Source of the DNA: Pirellula staleyi DSM 6068
GTDB taxonomy: Bacteria > Planctomycetota > Planctomycetia > Pirellulales > Pirellulaceae
Direction: 5' to 3'
NCBI GenBank assembly: GCA_000025185.1
Contig: CP001848.1
Span: 3,600,001 to 3,632,000 of the forward strand
DNA length: 32,000 nucleotides
Shown: one piece after another, positions 8,356-16,300 of the stretch
Layout: each line of letters starts with the position of its first letter
Position numbering within the stretch: the first letter of the stretch is position 1
Program-made: the position numbers and the translations under genes
The notes under the pieces: generated by a model
What the model was told of the DNA's origin: nothing
Database searches by the model: none
The model's input: only the letters and a program-made list of their open reading frames with translations

Positions 8356-8757
8356 TTATTTTTTCTCTTCGAGCACGTGAACTAGTTCGCCACCCGCTTC
8401 ACTAATCGCTTCAATGGCCGGCTCGAAGTACATCGACTGGGCGTCGCGATCGACTTTCAGCAGCACGGTCCGTTCGCCAGCGGGGGCGTTGCCGAGCAAC
8501 TCTTCCAGCCGCGTCGCGAGTTGCGATTGCCCGATCTCTTGGCCATTGAGATGCATTTTGCTATCGGCATCAATCAGCACGCTCACCTTCGTCGCTCCGG
8601 CCCCTTGCACATTCGCCGCCGATGCCGGTTTCCACTTCAGGTGGCTATCATCCTGGGCTCGGGCGAGGATCACAAAAAAGATGAGCAGGTTGAACGCAAT
8701 GTCCCCCATCGCCGTGCTTGGCACATCCGCTTTCATCGGTTTGCGTGGGATCTTCAT
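8356..8757 (-). CDS. ExbD/TolR-family biopolymer transport protein (second copy)
   Basis: The ORF is 133 aa. The N-terminal TM helix carries the conserved Asp (MGDIAFNLLIFFVIL). The periplasmic part, ...KVSVLIDADSKMHLNGQEI...LATRLEELL...TVLLKVDRDAQSMYFEPAIEAISEAG, fits the ExbD/TolR fold pattern. Confidence 0.85.
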   Translation of the reverse strand: MKIPRKPMKADVPSTAMGDIAFNLLIFFVILARAQDDSHLKWKPASAANVQGAGATKVSVLIDADSKMHLNGQEIGQSQLATRLEELLGNAPAGERTVLLKVDRDAQSMYFEPAIEAISEAGGELVHVLEEKK

Positions 8758-8819
8758 AGCTCAATCGTTAGTTTGATAGTCTCGAGAGTAATGCTCAGCA
8801 TCCTGAGTGCTGACAATCG

Positions 8820-9272
8820 CTAATTTCCAACCGTAATGGTTCGCTCTTCTTCGCGCTGAATCGTAATCACACCACCTAAGTCTTGAACGATCGAGGTCGC
8901 CTCGATCCAGAGGTGGTAAGGGGTATCAGGACGGCTCTTCACCACCACCACCTTATCTTCCACACGTGTCTTCCCCTTGAAGGCTTGGGCCAAGGTTTTG
9001 GGGAGTTGCTCGATCGTTACAGGGCTTCCATTCACGGTGGCTGTTGTGCGGGTCAGGACTAGTTCGATGTTCTGTGTCTTCTGCTCTTGCTGCTGCGTCT
9101 GCTCGCTTCGTGGGAGGTCTTGTTTTCGACCGCTATCAGGCTGAGCCGACGCACAGACGAGAAAGAAGACGATCAGATTGAACGCGATATCGCCGGTCGC
9201 AACCGCAGCCGGTTCGACGAGTAGTTTGCCAGTGAGTCGTCGTTTCCGAGACATCGAGCGATGTTCTTCCAA
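8820..9272 (-). CDS. ExbD/TolR-family biopolymer transport protein (first copy)
   Basis: The ORF is 150 aa (alternative start at M7). The TM helix carries the conserved Asp (TGDIAFNLIVFFLVCA). A Gln-rich linker (SEQTQQQEQKTQ) follows, then ...IELVLTRTTATVNGSPVTIEQLPKTL...VVVVKSRPDTPYHLWIEATSIVQDLG. Confidence 0.85.
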   Translation of the reverse strand: MEEHRSMSRKRRLTGKLLVEPAAVATGDIAFNLIVFFLVCASAQPDSGRKQDLPRSEQTQQQEQKTQNIELVLTRTTATVNGSPVTIEQLPKTLAQAFKGKTRVEDKVVVVKSRPDTPYHLWIEATSIVQDLGGVITIQREEERTITVGN

Positions 9273-9290
9273 GCCCAGTGAGGAGGGGAG

Positions 9291-10274
9291 TTAGACGTGC
9301 GATTTCGCGGCAACTGGTGGCGGCGCTGTGTACGAGCTGCTTGTTTCACGCGAGCTGGTGGCTAGCTGAAACGTCACCGACTCGATCAGTTCGCTCGCCG
9401 ATTCTTCTACTTCCAGCACGAAGCGATTGGTGACGCTGGTGAAGTAGTTGAACGCCACGTAAGCCGGAATGCCGACAATCAGACCAAGCACCGTAGTAAG
9501 GAGCGAAACCATGATGCCCCCCGCAGCGGCCTCGACGATATTCTTCTCCCCCATATGCTTCACGATATCGTCGAACGATACCACCATCCCCTGGACGGTG
9601 CCGAGAAAGCCAACCATCGGTGCGGCGCTTGAAATCGTCGCCAAAATCGGAAGATGCTTCTCGAGCGCGGCGACGACATGCACCGAGTAGTCATCCATCC
9701 CTTTGACCACTTGCTCTTCGATTTTGGCGGCGTCGTAGCCGAGACGTCGCGCGACGAGGTACTTCTTCAGCCCCGCGCCGAGAATGGCTGGAACCGGCCC
9801 TTTGGTCTCTTCGCACTTCGCGAGCGCTTCTTCGATCTGATCTTTCTCGAGCAAAGAGCGGACTTCCGTCCGGAGCTCTTCCTGACGACTACCGAGCATC
9901 AATAGCGCCCGCGTTCGCTCGATAATCACCCCCAGGGCCACGATTCCCATGATCAGCAGGGGCCACATGAAAAGGCCGCCTTGCAGCATGTAGAACATCA
10001 CGCCGCTGTTGGCTAGGTCGCCAAGAAACTTGCTCAGTCCACTAGGCTCGGTGGAGGCTGGCGCTGCAGCCTCGGACTCAGCAGCCTCGGATTTCGCCGG
10101 AGCGGCTGGTGCCGATTCTGGTGCAGCCTCGGTCCCGCCAGAAAGTGTTGCTGGTGGCGGAGCATCCACCGGAACAGCTGGAGCGACAGCAGCTGGCGGC
10201 GCAGCTCCCCGCGATTCTTCGGCGAGAATGTCGTCGGCTTGACCAGCTAGTGCAAGGCAAAGAACGATCCACAT
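9291..10274 (-). CDS. MotA/TolQ/ExbB-family proton-channel protein with an Ala/Pro/Glu-rich N-terminal extension
   Basis: The ORF is 327 aa. The family core is visible: GGLFMWPLLIMGIVALGVIIER (TM1) and ...LATISSAAPMVGFLGTVQGM... and ...AGGIMVSLLTTVLGLIVGIPAYVAFNYF (TM2/TM3 signature). It lies directly upstream of two ExbD genes. An in-frame TAG lies 12 nt upstream of the ATG, so the start is fixed at 10274. Confidence 0.85.
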   Translation of the reverse strand: MWIVLCLALAGQADDILAEESRGAAPPAAVAPAVPVDAPPPATLSGGTEAAPESAPAAPAKSEAAESEAAAPASTEPSGLSKFLGDLANSGVMFYMLQGGLFMWPLLIMGIVALGVIIERTRALLMLGSRQEELRTEVRSLLEKDQIEEALAKCEETKGPVPAILGAGLKKYLVARRLGYDAAKIEEQVVKGMDDYSVHVVAALEKHLPILATISSAAPMVGFLGTVQGMVVSFDDIVKHMGEKNIVEAAAGGIMVSLLTTVLGLIVGIPAYVAFNYFTSVTNRFVLEVEESASELIESVTFQLATSSRETSSSYTAPPPVAAKSHV

Positions 10275-10349
10275 GCTTGTGGTTTCCTAACAAATGCGAG
10301 CGTACGGTTCCGAGTGATGGCGGGGCTTTTTTGCCTCGCTGCATATCTA

Positions 10350-13300
10350 CTAGTCTTCATCCACGCTGTTGGCTTCAGCCTCAAACTGCTGCAGCATTTC
10401 CGGCAGCGCTAGTCGACCACGTGCATACTTGGCCGCTTCACTTTCGGCATACTTCCAGCGGCAGTTGTTGTAGCGAATGAATGCTTCGCGCAAGTTGCCA
10501 CCGAGGCGGAACGATTCGCCCGACCAGAAGAGTGCGTCGGCCCCGAGGGCATCGTCGGGAAACAGTTTCGAGAACTGGTCAAAACTCTTGCCAGCGGTCG
10601 CATACTGCTTCGATTTGTAATAGCACTGTCCCACGCGGAAGGCGAGTCGAGGGGCGTGCTGATGTCCTTCAAAGCGTTCGAGGAACTTCTCCCCCACTTG
10701 CGCGGCGATATCGAACTTTTCCGCTTTGTAGAAGTAGTCGGAGATTCGAATCATCACGTTCGGGATGAGGGGACTCTTCGGATGCGTGGCAGCGAGTGTC
10801 ACATACGCCTCGAGCGCTTGATCGAAGTCTCCCGCTTCTTCATAGCACTGCGCCAGCTTGTACTGGGCGTCGGGAGCGAGCGTATGATCGGGGAATTGAC
10901 GCAGGATCATGTCGTACGAGCGAATTGCTTCGTCCCACTGCGAAAGTTCCTGAGCAAACTGCCCCAGTAAGTACGCCACACGCGGCGCGTATTTCGGATC
11001 GGGATAGTCTTCCATCACTTCGCGGAGAATTCGACGACCTGCTTCGAGATCGGTCTTCTTTTCGTCGTCACGCTCGAGCGTCTTATGACTCTTGAAGAGC
11101 TCGAAGTAGCTTTCGGCAATGCGAAAGCGTGTTTCGACCGCGAGCGTTTCGTCGCTGAACGTTTTGCTAAACGCAGCGATCAGCCCATCGGTACCAACCA
11201 CCACGGGAATTTCGACCGACAGCGGAAGTGTGCCTGACTCGGTGCTCGCGGCACTATCGAGATAGGCAATCGTCAGCACATCGCCGAAGTAGGTTTCCAC
11301 CACAGGTTCCGCAGAATCGAGGTTCGCGGGAGTTGGTTTGTCATTCGCCTTCAGCTGCAGCGAACCGGTGAAGATGCCGCTGTGAGCCAACGTCTCTTCG
11401 AGACGGACCGATTCTTTTTCTCCGAGCTGCGAGGTGACCTCGACGACCGCCACATCGCGGGCATCGGAGGAATCGAGATCGGGATCGATCACGCGGAGGT
11501 AGATTCGCTCGCCGACATGCAGCTGCGTGATCGGTTTAGCATAGTCGCGGTCGGTGACCGCCAATTGGCCGTTCGAGATCAGCCGACCTTGTGCCGATAG
11601 ATCTTGCGAAGAGCCATCGGGGCGTCGAGCGTCGACATACAGAGCAGTGGCGATATCCTTGCCGGTCAGGTTCAGCACCTTCGTGACAAGGTTGGCACCA
11701 GCGCGCTCTTCGGCAGCACCCTCTTCGCCAACTTTCACGCGACCGACAAGATTGCGCGGCATGTCGGTGGTTAGAGGAACTACGGCTGGGCTGCTCTTGC
11801 CGCCGAGTTGCAGAATGACTTGTCCAACAAATCGCCCCTCGTCGAGCGCCCAGTCGTCGTCACCAGCAGCACCAGCGGGTGCGAAGGCGGACGACACTGT
11901 GCACATCACTTCCACTTGAGCGCCGTCGGTGGTGGTGACGATCACTGGGACCGAACTGCGCGAATCTTTAGCCGCGTCGGGGTCGATCACTTCGATGGTG
12001 AGGGGAGCTTCGAAAGCCATGCCAGCGATCGCCTGATTCTCGGTCGAAGGGATGACGGTCACTTGAGGTGCCGCTTTCGATCCTTCAGGGGGAGGGATCA
12101 CACGCGTGTTCAGCACCCGAACGATGCCCGGCGTGGGCCGAACGACATCGATCACTGTTTCGCGAGGCACGCTATGGCCGGGGAACGTGTTGTGCTGATC
12201 GACATAGCGAAGATAGACCCGATCTCCCGGTTTGACGACGATTTTTCCGGTCTCGGCCGTGAGGGAGGTGTCGATCTCTTTGGTGAATGTTCCGGTGTTG
12301 TTTTCAGTTTCGGTGGCGACGAGTTCAAGTGGCGCACCATCGTTCACCAGCACCTCGAACTTCACCGTGTCCCGTTCGCCAGAGGCATCTTCGTCGTAGT
12401 CGACCACTTCAAAGATGATCCGTTCGCCCGGATCGATGCGGCGGAGTTCTTTGCGAATCGTTTGCACGTTTCCGCCTGCGTTCTTCTCAAAGTCGTAGCT
12501 GATGGCAGTGACATTGGCGTTGTAGTAAGTCGCTTGCAGCTTCCCGGTAAGTAGCTGACTACCGCCGAGTTCGTTGAGGGTCACTTCGTCGGTGTAGGTA
12601 GCGGTGATCGTATCTCCTGCAGCGATTTCGAGCGTGTCGTTTTCAGCAAGTCCCAACACATCTTCCTGGGTGGGGATGTAGAGCTTGCCCGGTTCTAGCG
12701 AAAAGACTTCGACGTTGCTGAAAGCGACCGCTTCGCCTCGATACTCGTTGGTGGTGAGACGAACATAGCGGAGCTCGGTTTCGGGGAAGTGGAAATCCCA
12801 CTGCGGACCTTGCACCACCACGCCACTCTTCGACGGACGAAGGGCCACGCCCCGGAGGTCCATCAGTCCGCCGTTTTGGATTTCGAGAGGAGTGATCGTG
12901 AGAGTTTGAGCCCCGGCGGCTTCAATCAGCAGCGTCCCGACGCGATCGGTGCGGAATGTTTCCCAGTTGCCAGTATCAGGGACACTGCATTCGAGTGAAA
13001 CGTTGCCGACGGTCACGCGGAAGCGACCACCAGCCCCTTGATGGGCATAATTGAGGAGCACTTCGTAGAGACCAGCCGCCGGCAATTCAATATCCCACGA
13101 CGCTTTGTCGTCGAGCGATTGCCAGTAGTTGATGATCGCTTTGTCTCCCTCACCCTTGACGCCAAACTGCTCGGTTTTCTTTTCAAATTTGGCAGTGGAA
13201 GCAAGAAGCGGAATGGCGGCTGGCGGGGCAACTTGTTTTTCCCCGGCTGTAGCAACGATCGAGCTGCTATCGAAATCAGCAGCGCGGAACGCGCGGAGCC

Positions 13301-16300
13301 GAACTTCATCCTCGGTGAGATCGGCGCGAGCAATGGTGGCTTCGACAGCCGACTGTCCTTGATTGGAAGCGGCGAAAATGGCAATGTCGTGTAGGCCACT
13401 CTTGAGCCACAAATCGACCGCGCGTCCACCAGGACCCACGGCCAACTCTTCGACTCCGTTCACTACCACAGCTGTCTTGGTTCCGCTCACATGGATGCGG
13501 AGAGCACCGGTGCGTGGCTGAGCGAGTTTACCCTGCCAAATCACGCCGAATGACTTAGAGCTATCGTCGCTCCCTTCAGCCCGGACATAGCGGAGCGTAG
13601 GAACTTTTTGCGAAGCAATCGATCGAGCATTTTTCGAGAGATCGGCGACTTGTTGCCAGGTGGTGTAGTCGTGCGAGTTTCCTCCGTACACCGTTTCGGT
13701 CATTTCGGCATAAGGCTGCGCGAGTGTGGCTGCGAGTGGACGCTGTGGATAAGTCGCCAGTCGGAACCAGAATTCGCCATCCTGACTGCCGTAGAGATCG
13801 CCGCGTACTGGATAGTTACGCATTTCGCTGGGCGATGTGAAGCGGACACGTGAGGTGGCGTAAACATCCTTCATGTCGACGGTGAGAAGTTTCGGAGCCA
13901 CTCCATCGGGCTCGCTCATCCAGAACGATTTCGGATCGCGATCGATCGCCATTAGCGGGCTGTGATCGATAGAGGTGTCGGTCGCTAGGGCACCGGCGGG
14001 AAGCTCGCCCGTTTTGGCAGTCCCTTCAAAAATTCCCGAGTGGGCAGCTGTTTCAATCAACTTCACTTGCACTTGGTCGCCACTGTCGGCGGTCAGCTTG
14101 ATCGTGATCGAATCGGGATCGTTGGTGAGATCGCGATCGGGGTCTTTGACACGGAGATGCACCAAATTGCCGGGCTTGATTTGATCGGCGGGGCGAATTT
14201 GCGAACGTCGATTGTCTTGCTGATCTTCCGACAATTCCTGCTCGAGTGTTTGGCTGAAGGTCGACTGGGCGGCATCGACAATCGGACTGCTGGCGACCTC
14301 AAAACGAGCATCGGCAGCGACTCGAATCTCGACATCGGAGAGGGGGACGTTGCGGAACTCGGCCTTAAACTCTTCAGGATAGTCGCAGCGGATAGTGTCG
14401 TTACCGGTGAGCTGCAACACACCATCGCCGGTCGATGCTTGACCGAGTCGCGTGTCGATGTCGGCGCGGAACAGACCTTTGCCAGCTCCTGCGCCGGTGA
14501 GATAGACCGTTTCGCTGTCACCACCGGGAAGAGTAGTGACCCGAACAGGAATTCGATTATGGCCGCGGCTGATTCCGAGATCGCTATCGTGCACCACGAT
14601 CGAAAGCGGCAAGCCGGGGACGTGACGTCGCTTGCTGGCGCGTCCCAGCCGACCGACCGTACGGAGCAAGTTCAGCTGATCGATATATTTTTCTTCAGCG
14701 CCGTAGACTTCGGCGAGATTGAACAGGGCTTGATTGGCCAGTTCGACGTTCGGAACGCGTTCGAGAACCGCGCGGAAAATATCGCGTGCTTCGTCGCGGT
14801 CGCCACGTCGAAACGCCAGGACACCCCGCAAGAACTCGGCCCGAACGACTACGTCGACTTCGGTGCTGCGGGCTAGTTTTTCGAACACAAGCTCGGCCTG
14901 ATCGTAGACCTTTTGCGACATGAAGGTTTCGCCGATACCAAACTCGGCTTCGGTCGCTTGCGGTGTTCCGGGATAGCGGTTCACCACCGTGGTGAACTCG
15001 CTGCGGGCGATATCAAACCGCTGACCTTTGAAGAAGTTTTTGGCGAGCAGCAGCTGCATTTGGGCCTTCACGGCGTCTTCCACTTGCATCGACTCGCTCC
15101 ACTTCACGAGCCAGCCGCGGAGCACTTCTTCAACGTAGTCTTGATTGGTTTCGCCACCCGCTGCAATGAGTCGGTCGCACACAAACACGAGCAGATCGGC
15201 GGGAAGTTCGTTGCGGTTCTCATCGAAGAGTTGTTTGTTGGCGAGGTAGGTATCGAACGCCAGTCGTTCGTCGCCGAGACGGAAGTAGAGGGCCGATTGC
15301 AAGAGTGGCGCGATGGGGCTGGAATCGTCGATGGTGAGTCCCACGCCGCCGAGACGCGCGAGGGACTGCGTGGTGATGTCGCGAACTGCCTTTTTACGTG
15401 GCTCGTCGACATTGGGAATGTTAGCCAGCATGCCAGTCGAAAGCGTGAGGGCGGTGACGAAGTCCTTGCGAACCACGGCAGCCTGCGCAAACGGTGCGAG
15501 GCGATCCCAGTCGTACCATTCATTGCCAACAATTCGCGTCAGCCGCTGCAACTGAAGTTGGCGTGCCATGCGTGCGCCCGGAGCAATCGGGGTTTCTTCG
15601 AGGATCGCCAGGGCAGCGCTGGCCGAAGCAGGATGCACATCGAGATCGCGGATCGCGGCCAAGATTTGTGTTTTCTGGGGCGGGGTGAGTTTGTCGCTCG
15701 CGCGGGTCTGATCGATGATGGTCGAGAATTGCCACATGTCGTAGTCTGCGCCACGCAGAGGCTGTTTCCGCTGACGCTCGATGCTTGTTTTGAGGGTTTG
15801 AGCAAAACCATTTACATCGCCCGCAGCGAGCTGGTCGGCTGCAATTATTTGCGCAAATCGGCCATGAAACTCTGTCTCTTTGGCAAGCAATTTTTGGAGC
15901 AACTGCGAGCGCTGATCTCCCATCGATCGCTCGAGAATGCGAGCCGACGATTCGCGGAATTCATAGCCGCTGCCTGTCTCCATGTTGGTGGTCCACCATG
16001 CAATCGCTTCCGCCTCGAGTTTGCATTTGAAGAGCATGTCGCCAATCGACGTGGCACTATTCATGTCGCGATAAAAACGTTTTTCAGCATCGAGAATGTA
16101 GGCGAGCGATCGACGCGCGAGATCGGTATCGAGGTTGTTCTTTTCAGCAGCAGTAAGGAGCCGACGCCAGTGATCGCCGTACGCAGTTTGAGCAGGAAGC
16201 TTGAGGAAATGTTCCGCTGCCGCTTTCATCTCCTCGGGCTTGCCGTGATCGGTCGTGGTCTCGAGGTAGTAGGCGGCCCCTTGGTGATCGGTCGGGAACT

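Noticed and set aside
8356-10274. Zorya-like (MotAB-type) anti-phage system or a flagellar stator.
   Set aside because: The small subunits are ExbD/TolR-like, with no OmpA/MotB peptidoglycan-binding domain. The ExbB has no long ZorA-type C-terminal tail, and no ZorC/ZorD-like nuclease or helicase gene is nearby.
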